From assembly GCA_012515885.1 (NCBI GenBank), contig JAAYXN010000105.1:1-47019 (forward strand): DNA of 47,019 nt, written 5' to 3'. The stretch is from Rhodococcus sp. (in: high G+C Gram-positive bacteria). Its GTDB lineage: Bacteria; Actinomycetota; Actinomycetes; Mycobacteriales; Mycobacteriaceae. Of the stretch, positions 19,801 to 34,800 are shown one piece after another. Position numbers and translations under genes: made by a program. The notes below the pieces were generated by a model. The model was not told the origin of the DNA. It worked only from the letters and a program-made list of their open reading frames with translations, and did no database searches. Position 1 is the first letter of the stretch. Each line of letters opens with the position of its first letter.

Positions 19801-22800
19801 TCACTCGGACAGCTTCGCCATCGGGGTTGGCGGCCACGGCCGCGCGCAGAATCTCCACGAGGGTCACAGGCGGCGCAGATGCGGCGCCCGCGCGGCCTGT
19901 GAGGTCGCGGTACTCCGCTTCGCTGAGAACATCGATGTCGCCGATACGTGTGTCCGGGTGCGCGAGAGCGCTGGTCAGTACTCGCTGGAACCGCTCGGTG
20001 AACGCAGTAGCCGTTGCCTCATCGAAGAGGTCGGTGGCGTACACCAGCTCACCTGCGAAACCAGATTCGGTCGCGGTCAGAGTCAGGTGCAGATCGAACT
20101 TCGCGGCCACTGACTGCGGCGTCAGCGCGGTAGCGCGCAGCTCACCGAGTTCAATGACACCGCCCAGTTCGGCAGGTCCTTCGTTGACGCCCAGCGCCAC
20201 CTGGAAGACCGGGTGATGCGCGGTCGAACGCGACAGGTCAAGAACCTCAACGAGACGCTCGAATGGGACATCAGCGTTTGCGAAGGCGTCGAGGTCCGTG
20301 GAGGTGGTGTGCCGGAGCAGCTCGGCGAACGTGGCCTCGGGACGCACCTGGGTGCGCAGAGCGAGGGTGCCGACGAACATGCCGACCAGGTCATCGAGTT
20401 CGCGCTCGCCGCGGCCCGCGATCGCGGTACCCACAGCAATGTCGCTGCTGCCCGACAGGCGGCTAAGCACCACCGACAGGGCGGCGTGGATAGCCATGAA
20501 GGTGCTGGCGCCGTGTGCGCGGCCAACCTCGCGGAGTTGGTTCGCGGTGGCCTCATCGATAGCGAAACGCACCACGTCACCGCCCAGCGACGGCACGGCA
20601 GGACGGGTCCGGTCAGCGGGAAGCTCCAACTGTTCCGGCGCGTCGGCGAGCTGATCGCGCCAGTACGCGATTTGGCGTGCTGCGAGGCTGTCTTGATCGT
20701 TCTCGTCACCCAGGATCTCTCGCTGCCACAGTGCGTAGTCGGCGTACTGCACCGACAGTTCCGGCAACTGCGGCGCCGCACCGGCAACACGTGCCACATA
20801 CGCGGCGAGGACGTCGCGCACGAGCGGAGTTGTTGATGCGCCGTCGCTGCTGATGTGGTGTGCGACAAAGGCAAACACATGCCGATCACGGTCAACGGCG
20901 AACAGGGCTGCGCGGAACGGCACCTCACGGGCGACGTCGAAGCCCGCGGTCAGGAACGCCTCGACGCGCGCAGTGAGGTCGCCGTCGTCCGTCGTATCCC
21001 CTGCCTGCATACCTGCGAGAGCCGTGCCGAGCGCTGCGTCAGTATCAACGATCACCTGGCGCGGGCCGGAGCCGTCGTCGGGGAAGACGGTGCGCAGGGT
21101 TTCGTGGCGTTCCACAACGTCGCCCAGTGCCGCAACAAGAGCGGACGTGTTGAGCGGACCGGTCAGTTCCAGGGCAACCGGAATGTTGTATGCGGCGCTC
21201 GCGGTATCGAACTGGTTGAGGAACCACATGCGCTGCTGGGCAGACGACAGCGGAATCCGCGCTGGACGCTCCTGCTTGACCAGCGGGGCCCGGGTGGCCA
21301 CCGCGTCAGCGATATCGATCTGTGACGCCAATGCCCGAACTGTTGAATGCTCGAAGAGATCACGCAGCGCGACATCCGTGCCCAACGTTGCAACGAGCCG
21401 CGCGATGACCTTCGTCGCCGACAGCGAGTTGCCGCCGAGTTCGAAGAAGTTGTCGAGCGCACCGACCTGATCGACACCGAGGACCTCAGCGAACACTGCT
21501 GCGACTGCTTGTTCTTCTGCGGTCTGCGGAGCCACAAACTCGGCGGTGGACGTGCCGACCTGCGGCTGCGGCAGTGCCTTGCGATCGAGCTTGCCGCTCG
21601 GGTTCAGCGGGAAAGCGTCCAGTGCCACGTAGTGCGTCGGCACCATGTAGGACGGCAGCACTCCAGACAGGTGCGGCGTCACGACTGTCGCGATACCTGC
21701 AGGATTCTGTGCTGCGAGGGCTGAGTCTGGCGCCGCAACCAGGTAGGCGATCAAGGACTGTTCGCCGCGGCTGTCGGTGTGTACGACGACAGCGGCTTGG
21801 CTGACCGAGTCGTGGGTCAGCAAGGCTGCTTCGATCTCGCCGAGTTCGATGCGCTGACCACGCAACTTGACCTGGAAGTCGCTGCGGCCCACATATTCCA
21901 GAGCGCCGTCGCCACGGCGGCGCACCAGATCGCCCGTGCGGTACATGCGCGTACCGGGCGCGAAGGGGTTGGCGACGAAGCGGTCTGCTGTCAGGTCGGG
22001 GCGTGCGACGTAGCCCTGCGCGAGCTGTACGCCAGCGAGATAGAGCTCTCCCCTGGTGCCTACAGGAACGGGCTGTAGACGGTCATCGAGGACGTGCAGC
22101 TGCGTGTTCCACGCGGGCAGGCCGATGGGGATAGCTCCGGGGGCGTTGGCGTCGACGGTCCAGGACACCAAGTCGACGGTCGCTTCGGTCGGACCGTACA
22201 GGTTCTGCAGCGTCGCCGCCGACACGGACGTGAACGCCTGAGCCTGCGCGCGAGTCAGTGCTTCACCGCCGGTGAAGACCATGCGCAGCGACGTGCACTG
22301 CGGCGCAGACGGTTCTGCAGTGAACACGGCCAGCATGGACGGCACGAACTGCGCGAAGGTGACGTTCTCGCGGCAGATCAGATCCACGAGGTAGGCGGGA
22401 TCCTTGTGACCCTCCGGCTTCGCGATGACGACGCTGGCACCAACAAGCAGCGGCCAGAACAGCTCGGTCACGGATGCGTCGAAGGTGATGGGCGCCTTCT
22501 GCAGCGCCACATCCTGCGCGTTCAACCCGAACCGGCTGTCTAGCCACCGGAAACGCTTCGCGACGGAACGGTGCGAGACCGCAACACCCTTCGGCTTGCC
22601 TGTTGAACCGGACGTAAAGATGACGTACGCAATCGAATTGGGGTCAATATCGACCACGACGCGATCACCGGTGTACGAGGACAGATCCGTATCCGTCAAA
22701 TCAAGGACCGGCAGGTCGGCGGCATCTGGAACCGGTACAGCGTCCGATTCCGTTGACCGCGCGGTGAGCATCAGTGACGGCTGTGCGGTAGCGAGAATGT

Positions 22801-25800
22801 GCTCGATGCGATCGGCTGGATGGCTGGGATCAATCGGCACGTATCCGGCGCCGACGCGGTGAACCGCGTACAGGGCTGCGAGCATCGTGATCGAGCGCTC
22901 CATCGCCACAGCCACCAACGCGCCGGGCTGAACGCCATGAGCGATCAGTACTCGCGCAAGGGTATTCACCTGCGCATCGAACTGCGCGTAGGTCAGCGAC
23001 GTGCCCGCGAAGCGCACTGCCGTGTGCTGCGGGAACTGTGCCACTGACTGCGCGAACCGGGTCACGATGGTCTCGTCTGGAACATCGACATCTGTGGCGT
23101 TGAACTGGGTCAGCGCAGCAGTCTCGTCGGTGTCCATCAGGTTGACGTCGTGCGCGATCGTTTCCGGATCAGCGATGAGTGCACCCAGCAGTTGGGTGTA
23201 GCGGTCAGCGAAACGTGTCACGGTGGCGTGATCGAACAGATCCTGCGCGTACGTCCACTGCATCGTCATACCGGCAGGTTCGCCAGCGTCGTCGAAGCGT
23301 TCGGAAATGTTGACCTGGAGATCAAACTTGGCGACCGCAGGCAGTTCCGTGATCGGAGTGACTTCAATGCCCGCGAGCTGCAGGCTCGACTGGCTGTCGC
23401 GGCCGAACGTTTCCATGCCCAGCATCACCTGGAACAGCGGGGTCACGCTGGTTGACCGCGGCGGGTCAAGCGCCTCGACGAGCTGTTCGAACGGAACATC
23501 GGTGTGTGCGAACGCGCTGAGCGCCACCTCACGTGAACCACTCAGGACGTCAGCAAATGAGGCACCGGTATCGATCTGGGTGCGCAGCACGACGGTATTG
23601 ACGAACATGCCGATCAGGCCATCGAGTTCCTGCTCGCCGCGGCCCGCCACTGCGGTACCCACGGAGATGTCGGAGCTACCCGACAGCCGGGACAGCAGTA
23701 GCGCGAGTACTGCGTGATTGACCATGAACATTGACGCGCCGTGCTGGCGGGCCAACGCTGCCGTGCTCGCGTGCGTCGCGGCATCGACGTCAATATCGAC
23801 GCGGCCGCCGCGGAATGACGGCGCAACTGGGCGCGGGCGGTCTGTGGGCAATTCCAGCTCGACCGGTGCGTCCGCGAGAGCCTGCCGCCAGAATCCGATC
23901 TGCTCAGAAAGCAGCGACTGTGGATCTTTCTCCGAGCCCAACAGCTCTTGCTGCCACAGTGCGTAGTCGACGTACTGGACGGGAAGCGGTGCCCACTCCG
24001 GTGCGGTGCCGTTGATCCGTGCGGCATACGCGGCCATCACGTCCGTCACCAGTGGACGCAGCGACCAGCCGTCCGCGGCGATGTGGTGCAGCACAAGGAC
24101 CAGCACATGCTCGGAGCGGCTCTGGCGGAACATGTGTGCCCGCACTGGAACTTCGGTGGCGACATCGAACCCACGGGAGACGACCTCAAGGATCTGATCC
24201 TCAAGGTTGTCGGTGGCATCGGTTGGAACATCGCTGATGGTGATTGCCGATACTGGACGCACCACGGCCTGCGGTGCCCCATCCACTCCGGTGCTCGGGA
24301 ACACCGTGCGGAGCGTTTCGTGGCGGTTCATGACGTCCAGCAGTGCTTCACGCAGCTTGGTGACATTGACGCGTCCAGAGAGCTGCAGGACGAGCGGAAT
24401 GTTGTAGGCAGCCGACGTCGGGTCGAGTCGGTTGAGGAACCACATCCGTTGCTGCGCAGCGGACAGCGGTAGCTGCTTCGGGCGGGCGCGGTCGGTCAGT
24501 GCCGGGCGCTGCCTGCCGTTGCCTGCCGCGACCAGTGCCTGAGCGAATGCTCCGACTGTTGGGTGATCGAAGAGGGTACGTACCGAGACACGTGTCCCCT
24601 GAGCCTGGCCGACGCGCGCGACGACCTGGGTCGCGGACAGCGAGTTGCCACCGAGGTCGAAGAAGTCGTCGTCGAGGCCGATCGCCTGATCGGTGCCGAT
24701 CACTTCCGCGAAAATTCCGACAACAGCTGCCTCGATCGCCGTGGTCGGCGCACGGAACGTGGTGGTGCGTTCAAACACGGGTTCGGGCAGGCGATCTCGG
24801 TCGAGCTTGCCGACCGGGGTGCGCGGAATCTCGTCGAGGACGGTGATCGAGGACGGCACCATGTGCGACGGCAATGCCTGCGCGACAAAGGAGGTCAGTT
24901 CAGGAACTGTAATGCTCTCGCCGGGTACTGCACGGACGTACGACACGAGAGCTGTCGTCCCGTTCGGCAGGGTGTGCGTCAGGGTGGTCGCGAAACCCAC
25001 CGCCGAATGCTCAGCGAGGCGGGCGTCGATTTCACCGAGTTCAACGCGCAAACCGCGAATCTTGACCTGGAAGTCGCTGCGGCCGACGTATTCGAGGACG
25101 TGTGCGCCGTCCGTTCCGACGCCCCACCGGACGACGTCGCCGGTACGGTACATCCGCTCCCCCGCACCAGAGTAGGGGTTGGCGACGAAACGCTCTGCGG
25201 TCAAACCGAAGCGGCGATGGTAGCCGCGGGCAAGTGCCGGACCGGAAACGTACAGCTCACCGGGTACACCCACGGGCACGGGGCGTAGACGCTGGTCGAG
25301 GACCATCGCGGACACGGCCGGGATCGGTCCACCGATATCGGTGGGGCCGTCAACGGTGACGGCATCGCTGATGGTGACCATCATGGTCGCTTCAGCAGGG
25401 CCATAACCGTTGAACAGGCCACGCTCAGCAGCCCAGGTGCGGGCGAGGTCCGCGCCCCACGCTTCGCCACCGATCGTGACGTACTGCAGGGTGTCGATGC
25501 CCTCCGGGTCCATCGAAGCGAGTGCCGTGGGGGTGACAAACGCGTGGCTGACCCGTCGACGACGAATCAGAGCCGCCAGTTCTGGGCCACCGAAAACGTC
25601 CTCGGGGGCGATGATCAGCGTGCCACCGCCGCCAGCAGCGAGGAGGTAGTCGTAGACCGACGCGTCGAAGCTCGGCGACGTGACATGCAGTGCCCGAACC
25701 TGCGGCGACAGGTGGAAACGCGCGCTCTGTTCCGCGACCACATTGGCGATGCCGGTGTGGGTGACCGAGACGCCCTTCGGTAGCCCGGTGGAGCCGGACG

Positions 25801-28800
25801 TGTAGATCACGAAGGCTGTGTGCGCTGGCAGAAGCGGCGCGGTGCGATCAGCGTCGGTAATGGCCTCGTCTGGCTGCGCGAAGAGCACAGCGAGGGTCTG
25901 CGGATCGTCGAGGATCAGCCACGGAATGGAACTGGGCAACGCATCCACGTGTGCGCGGATAGTGAGACCAATGGTCGGTGCAGAATCGCTGATCATGTGC
26001 GCGATTCGCTCGGCCGGATGGCGAGGATCGATCGGCACAAACGCGGCACCGGTCTTCGCCACCGCCCACGCGGCGGTCACTGATTCGAGCGAACGCGGTA
26101 CAGCCACAGCAACGAACGTTTCGGGACCGACACCGGCCGCAATCAACGCGCGGGCGAGACGGGTCGTGTGCGAATCCAGTTCGCCATAGGTGACGACGTG
26201 CTCAACATCGCTGCGGCCGTGGATGATCGCGGGCGCAGCAGGGTTGACGGCAGCGTCGGCGAAGATGTCCGCCAAGGTGCGGGTGGGTGCTGACGCCCCG
26301 CCGCGTACCGGTACCAGTGCCGCACGTTCGTGTTCGCTGAGGATGTCGATGTCTCCCACAACGCGCTGCGGGTCACGTGCGACGGCCTCAAGCAGTCGAG
26401 TCAGTCGCGCACCAAGGTCAGCTGCGGTTGTCTCATCGAAAAGATCGTGCGCGTAGGCGATCTCGGCGTGGATACCGGCTGCGGTGCCTTGCTCATCGCG
26501 ACGTTCGGCGAGGGTGAACTGCAGATCGAACTTGGCGACGCCCGGATCGAGGTCTTCGACCCGCACCGCCACGTCGGCCATGGTGAATTCGGTGGGCACG
26601 CTGTCTTGCATCGACAGCGCCACCTGGAACAGTGGGTGACGCGAGCGTGAGCGGGTGGGGTCGATCGCTTCGACGACACGCTCGAACGGCACATCAGCGT
26701 TAGCAAACGCGGTCAGTGCAGTGGCGCGGGTGCGCGCCAGGTGCGCCTCGAACGAGTCGCTATCGATGACGGGTGTGCGGATAGCGAGGGTGTTGACGAA
26801 CATGCCGACGAGGTCGTCGAGCTTTTGATCGCCGCGGCCGGCGACTGCTGTGCCGATGACAACGTCATCGGTGGCGGCGAGACGTCCAAGCAGTGTGCTG
26901 AGCGCGGCGTGAACGACCATAAACAGTGTTGCACCAGCGCCGCGGCCCAGATCCAGCAGGTCGTGGTGCAGCGCGGCATCAAGTTCGAACAGTACCCGGC
27001 CGCCGCGGAACGACGACTCTGCCGGGCGGGGGCGATCAGCGGGCAGTTGCAGTTCTTCGGGAGCGCCCGCAAGCTGACCGGTCCAGTAGTTCAGTTGCTG
27101 TGCGGCAACCGAATCGGGGTCACTGTCGGTACCCAACACATGCTGCTGCCACAGCGCGTAGTCCGCGTACTGCACCGGCAGCGCCGTCCACTCCGGGCGA
27201 CGGCGGGCAGCGCGGGCCGCGTAGGCCGACACGACATCGCGGGCCAGAGGCCCAAAGGACCAGCCGTCGGCGGCGATATGGTGCAGCACGATCGTCAACA
27301 GGTACTCGGAGTGCTCTGCGCTTCCGCTGTCGGCTGCGAGCCGGAACAGCGCGCTGCGCACCGGCAGTTCGCTCGTGACATCAAAACCGCGACTTGCGAA
27401 TTCGACGAGCTTGTTTTCCAACTCTGACGCCTTGACGTCCACCACGTCGAGGGAAGCTGCGGCCTCAGCGGCGGGAACGATGACCTGAACAGCTCGTCCG
27501 TCGCGTTCGGGGTAGATGGTGCGCAGCGACTCGTGGCGTCCCAACACATCGCCGAGTGCGACGGTCATGGCCGCGATATCGAGGTCGCCGGTAAAGCGGA
27601 CCGCGAACGGCAGGTTGTAGGTCGGGGCCTGTGTATCGAACCGGTTGAGGAACCAGATCCGCTGCTGCGCAGCCGAGAGCGGAAGCTCGTCGGGACGCTG
27701 TGCGGCCACCAGTTCGGGGCGGGTGCGGGCGCCGCGTTCGGCGTCGGCGATCCGCCCAGCAAGCGCCTGCACTGTCGGGTACTCAAAGAGGTCACGCAGC
27801 GCGACGTCGGTATCGAGCGCCGAGGACAGGCGGGCAATCACCTTCGTCGCGGAGAGCGAGTTGCCACCGAGTTCAAAGAAGTTGTCGAGTGCGCCGACCG
27901 GTGAGTGGCCGAGAACGTCCGAGAATACGTCAGCGACAGCGTTTTCCTGCAGGGTGCGCGGCGCGACGTACGCAGCAGTGCTGACACCGATTTCAGGCTC
28001 GGGTAGTGCGCGGCGATCGAGCTTGCCACTGGCGCTGAGCGGGAAAGCATCCAGCGCTACGTAGTGCGTGGGCACCATGTAGGACGGCACCTTCTGGCCC
28101 ACGTGCTCAGAGAGAGCTGCCGGTGCCGCTGCGCCGACAACGTAGGCGACGAGGGACTGCTCGCCGCGGCTGTCGGTGTAAATGGTGACCGCAGCCTGCG
28201 CCAGATCCGGATGGGTCAGCAGTGCCGCTTCGATTTCGCCGAGTTCGATGCGCTGGCCACGCAGCTTGACCTGGAAGTCGGTGCGGCCAATGTATTCGAG
28301 GGCGCCATCGCGTCGTCGACGCACGAGATCACCGGTGCGGTACATGCGTGCACCCGGAGTAAACGGGTTCGCGATGAAGCGATCTGCGGTGAGATCGCTT
28401 CGTGAGACGTAGCCCTGAGCGAGCTGAGCGCCCGCAAGATAGAGCTCACCTGCAACACCGGCAGGAACGGGCTGCAGACGACCATCGAGGACGTGCAACT
28501 GCGTGTTCCAGACCGGGTGACCGATCGGGATGGACTGTTCGCGGCCATCGACTGCCCAGTAGGTGACGTCGACGGCGGCTTCGGTGGGGCCATAGAGGTT
28601 GTGGAGTGCGGTAACCGGCAGCAGCGCCCGGAACTGCTGGGCATGCTGGGTGGTCAACGCTTCACCCGAGGTAAAGACCTGACGCAGCGTGGTGCACTGC
28701 TGCGCGGTCGGCTCGGCAGTAAAGACCGCCAGCATCGACGGCACGAAGTGCGCGGTCGTTACGGCGTGCTCAGTGATGAGCGAGGCCAGAGCCTTCGGGT

Positions 28801-31800
28801 CGCGGTGTGCGTCGGGCGCCGCGATCACGAGTTGCGCGCCAACGAGCAGCGGCCAGAAAAGCTCCCACACTGAGACGTCGAACGTCACCGGGGTCTTCTG
28901 GATGACCACGTCCGAGGTCGTGAGGTCGTGCTCGGCCTGCATCCACAGCAGCCGGTTGACGATCGAGCGGTGCGAGACCGCAACGCCCTTCGGCTTGCCG
29001 GTCGAACCCGAGGTGAAAATGACGTAGGCGATGTCGTCAGGTGCGATCGCGACCTGCACGGGTGCGGGCGGTGCGACCGACAGGTCGATCTGGTCGAGAT
29101 CGACAACGCTGACGCCGCCGCTGCGACCGAGACCTGCAAGTTCGAAGCTCACCAGGTCGGTGCCGTCTTGAGTGCGGGCCAGGACCAGGCTGGGCGCCGC
29201 GACATCAAGGATGTGGCGGATGCGTTCGGCTGGCTGATCAGGATCGATGGGCACGTATCCGGCGCCGACGCGTTGGACCGCGTACACGGCCACCAGCATG
29301 TCCACGGACCTGCGGATCGCGACAGCAACCAGCGAACCGGGCGTAACTCCCCGATCGATAAGGAACCGTGAGAGAGAGTTCACGCGCGCATCGAACTGCG
29401 CGTACGTCAATGATTCCTCGCCCGCGACGACCGCGGTCTTGCTGGCGAAATCGCTTGCGGTGGTGGCGAAGAGGGTGACCAGATCGAGGTCGGGAAGATC
29501 GACACCGGTGGCGTTGAACCCGGTGATGGCGGAGTTTTCAGCACTGGTGAGCAGCGCGAAATCGCCGACCGGGGTGCCGGTTTCGTTGGCAGCAGCGTCG
29601 CTGACGATCGTGTCCAATACGGCGAGGAAACGGTCAGCGAGGGCCACCACGGTGTCGTGGTCGAACAGATCCGCGGCGTAACTGAACTGGGCGTGAATGC
29701 CGTCCGGTTCGCCGTTGCCCGCGGTACGTTCCGCGAGCGTCACACTGAGATCAAACTTTTCGACGTCGATGACGGTATCGAGCGCCTCGACACTCAGATC
29801 CCCCAGTTCCAGGCGCGGCTGCTCATGGTTTTGCAGCGTGAGCATCACCTGGAACAGCGGGTGACGTCCGGTCGCGCGCGGCGGATCGAGCGCGTCCACC
29901 AGTTGCTCGAACGGGACGTCAGCGTGGGCGTAGGCCGCCAAGTCGGTATCGCGGACCTGCGCCAACAATTGCGCAAACGATGCGCCGCCGTCGACCTGTG
30001 TCCGCAGGACCAGCGTATTGACGAACATGCCGATGAGATCGTCGAGTTCCCGCTCGCCGCGGCCAGCGACCGGTGTTCCGATCGTGATGTCGGCGGAGCC
30101 GGTCAGACGCGAGAGCAGGAGCGCGAGGGCCGAGTGAGCGACCATGAAGAATGAGGCGCCGTGCTCTCGACCCAGCTGCGTGAGTGCCCGGTGCAGCTCG
30201 GGAGAAATCTCGACATCATGGTGGCCGCCCCGGAATGAGGCTGCGGCGGCGCGGGGCCGATCAACTGGAAGCTCAAGTTCCGCGGGCGCACCCGCGAGAG
30301 CATCACGCCAGTAGCTGATCTGCTGCGTCGTCAGTGATTCTGGATCGGCGGCATCCCCGAGCAGTTCACGCTGCCACAGCGCGTAGTCGGCGTACTGGAT
30401 CGGTAGCGGCTCCCACGCTGGAGCCTGACCGGCGACACGGGCCGCGTACGCGGTGATGACGTCGCGGATCATCGGTCCGGCGGACCAGCCGTCACCGGCG
30501 ATGTGGTGGACGACCAGCGCCAGGATGTGCTGCGGCGCCTCGCCAGCGGGGATGTCGGTGATACGCAGAACGCGTACCCGCAGTGGTACCTGCGTGGTGA
30601 CGTCGAAGCCGCCGCTAAAGAACGTGACAAGCGCGGACGGTAGTTGCTCGGTGGCAACCTCGTCGGCCGACAGGGCGGAGGCTGCCGCGGACGGTTCAAG
30701 GATCACCTGGCGCGGTGTGCCATCCACCTCGGGGAAGACGGTACGCAGAGACTCGTGGCGTGTGATGACGTCGGCAACAGCGGCGGCGAGTGCACTCACA
30801 TTGAGTTCGCCAGTGAACCGAACACCGAAAGGCAGGTTGTAGACGGCGGATTCGGGGTCGAACCGGTTGAGGAACCACATACGCTGCTGCGCAGCGGACA
30901 GCGGCAACACCTCGGGACGCTCGGCGCGGACCAGCTTGGGTCGGATCACTGTATCGGCGTCGACGCCGCTGATGCGTGCGGCAATCGCAGCCACAGTGGG
31001 ATTCTCGAACAGATCCCGCACCGCGAAATCGGTATCAAACTCGGCGCGCACGCGCGAGACAACGCGGGTCGCGTTGAGCGAGTTTCCACCGAGATCGAAG
31101 AAGCTGTCCGTGGCGCCGACCTGCTCAAGATGCAGGACCTCACCGAACACTGCCGCGACGGCGCGCTCAGCGTCGGTGCGCGGTGCGGTGTATTCGCGAT
31201 CAGTGGCCGTAAAGGTCGGGGCCGGTAGCGCTTTACGGTCCAGTTTGCCGCTGGGGTTGAGGGGGAACTCGTCGAGGCTGGTGATCACCGACGGCAGCAT
31301 GTACACCGGGAGCTTTTCGCTCGCGTGTGCACGCAGTTCTTCCGCGTCGACGGCGTCGGCAGTGACCACGTAGGCGACCAGGTGATCGCCGGTGGCCTCG
31401 TCGGAGTACACAAGGACCGCAGCACCGGTGACGGCTTCATGACTACGCAGGACGGCTTCGATTTCGCCAAGTTCGATGCGTTGACCGCGGAACTTGACCT
31501 GGAAGTCGGTGCGGCCGATGTATTCGAGGGCGCCGTCTTTGCGGCGACGCACGAGGTCGCCGGTGCGGTACATGCGTGCGCCTGGGGTAAACGGGTTCGC
31601 GACGAAACGATCCGAGGTCAGGTCAACGCGGCCGAGGTAGCCGCGCGCCAACTGAACGCCGCCTAGGTACAGCTCACCGGGAACCCCGGCGGGTACGGAA
31701 TGCAGTCGTGAATCGAGCACGTACAGCTGGGTGTTCCACTGCGGTACACCAATAGGCACGGTTGTAACGTCTGCGTCTGTGGTCTCCCAATAGGTGACCG

Positions 31801-34800
31801 ACACGGCCGCTTCGGTGGGGCCGTACAGGTTATGCAGTCCCGCGTTCCAGCGGCCGCGGAACAGTTCGGCGGTCCGCGGCGGGAGTGCCTCACCAATGAC
31901 GAGGACGTGCTTCAAGGAGGCACACGTGTCCTGCGGCGCTTCGGCAATGAAGACGTCGAGCATCGACGGGACGAAGTCGGTGGCGGTGACGCCGAGACGA
32001 TCGATCACCGTGGCGAGGTACTCGGGGTCGCGGTGCCCGTCAGCGGTGGCGAGCACGACGCTGCAACCGACCTGGTGCGGCCAGAAGTAGCCCCATACGG
32101 ACACGTCGAACGTCGTCGCGGTCTTCTGCAGATAGACGTCTGCCCCGGACAGTGCATATTCGTCCTGAATCCAGGCGAGCTGGTTGACGATCGCACGGTG
32201 AGTGACCGCTACGCCCTTGGGCTTTCCGGTCGAACCGGAGGTGTAGATGACGTACGCGGTGTTGTCTTCGCGTAGCGGCGCGGTGCGATCGGCGTCAGTG
32301 ATCGGTGCGTCGTTGTAGCCGGACAGATCCAGTGAATCGGTGAGGATGAACGGGGCGGGAACGTCAAGCCCGTCGATGTTGTCGGTGGCAGTGGTGAGAA
32401 CGCAGTCCGGACCAGCGGATTCGAGGACGTACCCGACGCGATCGGCCGGATGGTCGGGATCGACCGGGACGTACGCGCCACCGGCCTTGACGACGGCATA
32501 CATGGCGACGACAAGGTCGATGCTGCGGCGCATCAACACGGCCACCCGAGACTCCGGGCCCACACCGGACTCGATCAGATGCCGCGCCAAACGCGTGGAC
32601 GCCGCATCAAACTCGGCGAACGACAGAACGCGCTGCGGGGCACCATCAGCCATCAGCTCGCCGGAGATCAGTGCGGGTGCGTGTGGAGACCGCGCCACCT
32701 GATCGGCAAACAGGCTCGGCAGTGTTCCGCGCGGTGCCTCGTGGGCAGTGTCGTTCCAGCGAGCAAGTTCATCGTTGTGTGCCGACGTATCCGCCAGCTC
32801 GATGTCGCCGACAACGCGCGCCGGATCAGCGGTGGCCGCAGTCAGCGCCGCCACGAACTGGTCGGCAAAACCGCGGACGGTGGATTCGTCGAAAAGGTCT
32901 GTCGCGTAGTTGAACTGCGCCGTGATAGGTCCAGCGTCGCCGCCCGAGGTGACTTCGGTGTTCGAGAGGATGACCTGCAAGTCGAACGGTGACACATCCG
33001 GCATGAGCGGGACAGTCGCGATCGTCAGATCGGGCAGCGTGAACTCTGCGTGCGCATGGTTCTGGAAGAACAGTGCCACCTGGAACAGCGGCGAATGCGC
33101 GGTAGAGCGGACCGGGGAGAGCGCATCGACGAGCCGTTCGAAGGGCACTTCTGCGTGCGAGAACGCCGCGAGGTCAGTGCTGCGCACCTGGCTAAGAAGC
33201 TGCGCGAACGACGCGGACGGGTCTACCTGTGCGCGAAGAACCAGCGTGTTCACGAACATGCCGACGAGATCGTCGAGTGCCTGATCGCTGCGGCCAGCCA
33301 CCGGTGTACCGACCGCAATATCTTCGGTCGCACTGAGGCGGCTCAAAACCACTGACAGTGCAGCGTGCGCGACCATGAACGTTGACGCTGAGTGGTCTTT
33401 ACCGATACGCGCCATCGCGGCGTGAACGTCGGCCGGAATTTCGACGGAGAAACTCGCACCCCGGCCACTAGCAACGGCTGGGCGTGGCCTGTCTGCGGGG
33501 AGTTCAAGTACGTCAGGGAGCCCTTCGAGGGCGCCCTTCCAGTACGCGAGTTCGCGGGCTGAGCGCGAGGATTTTTCAGACTCGTCACCGAGAAGTTCGT
33601 GTTGCCACAGCGTGTAGTCGGCGTACTGAACCGGCAGCGGTTCCCATGCAGGTACTGAGCCCTGTGCGCGCGCCGCGTACGCGACCATGACGTCGCGGGC
33701 AAGCGGTGCGAACGACCAGCCGTCAGAGGCGATGTGGTGCAAAACGATCGCGAGGACATACTCGTCGGCACCGGTTTGCAGCAGTCGGGCACGTACCGGA
33801 AGTTCGGTGGTGACGTCGAAGCCACGCAACACGAACTCAAGGACGGCAGATTCGACGGAGGAGGCGTCCACCTCCACGTGATCGAGCGTGAAACCGGACT
33901 CTAGGGCCTGTGTGGGCTCAAGGATCTGCTGGATCGGCCCGGAGTCCGTGCCCGGGAAAATCGTGCGCAGAGACTCGTGCCGGGCCAACACGTCTGCCAG
34001 CGCGCTGCGCAATGCATCGGTGTCGAGGGATCCCTGAAACCGCACCGCCAACGGCAGATTGTGCACCGGGTTGGAGGTGTCGTACTGGTTGAGGAACCAC
34101 ACGCGTTGCTGCGGGGCGGACAGCGGAATCTGTGCGGGGCGTTCCCGCGAGGTCAGCGGCGTGGTCGCCGTTTCACCAGCGCCGTCGCCCGCTTCGACAA
34201 CCCGCGCGAGGGTTTCCACCGTGGGAGAGTCGAAGAGATCGCGCAGCGCCACGTTGGCACCGAGTTGTTCACGCAGCCGGGAGATGACCCGGGTTGCGCT
34301 CAGTGAGTTGCCGCCGAGGTCAAAGAAGCTGTCCGTGGCACTGACATCGCGCGTGCCTAGGACGTCGCTGAACACGGCCGCGACCGCCTGCTCGCCGTCA
34401 GTGCGCGGCGCGATGTATTCGCGATCGCTGCCGCCAAAAGTGGGCGCCGGTAGCGCTTTACGGTCCAGTTTGCCGCTGGGGTTGAGCGGGAACTCACCCA
34501 GCTCGATGATCACGGACGGAAGCATGTAGACCGGCAGCTGGGTGCTGGCGTGTGCACGCAGCTGTGCGACACGCTCGGCAGCATCTGCGTCCCCATCCAT
34601 GTCGGGGCCAGCACTGTCGTTGCGGACGACATACGCGATCAGGTGATCGCCGGTACCCGAATCGGAATGGACGAGGACCGCGGCACCAGTGACCGCGTCG
34701 TGGCTGCGCAGGACCGCTTCGATCTCACCGAGTTCGATGCGCTGACCACGGAACTTGACCTGGAAGTCGGTGCGGCCGATGTAATCGATCGCGCCGTCTT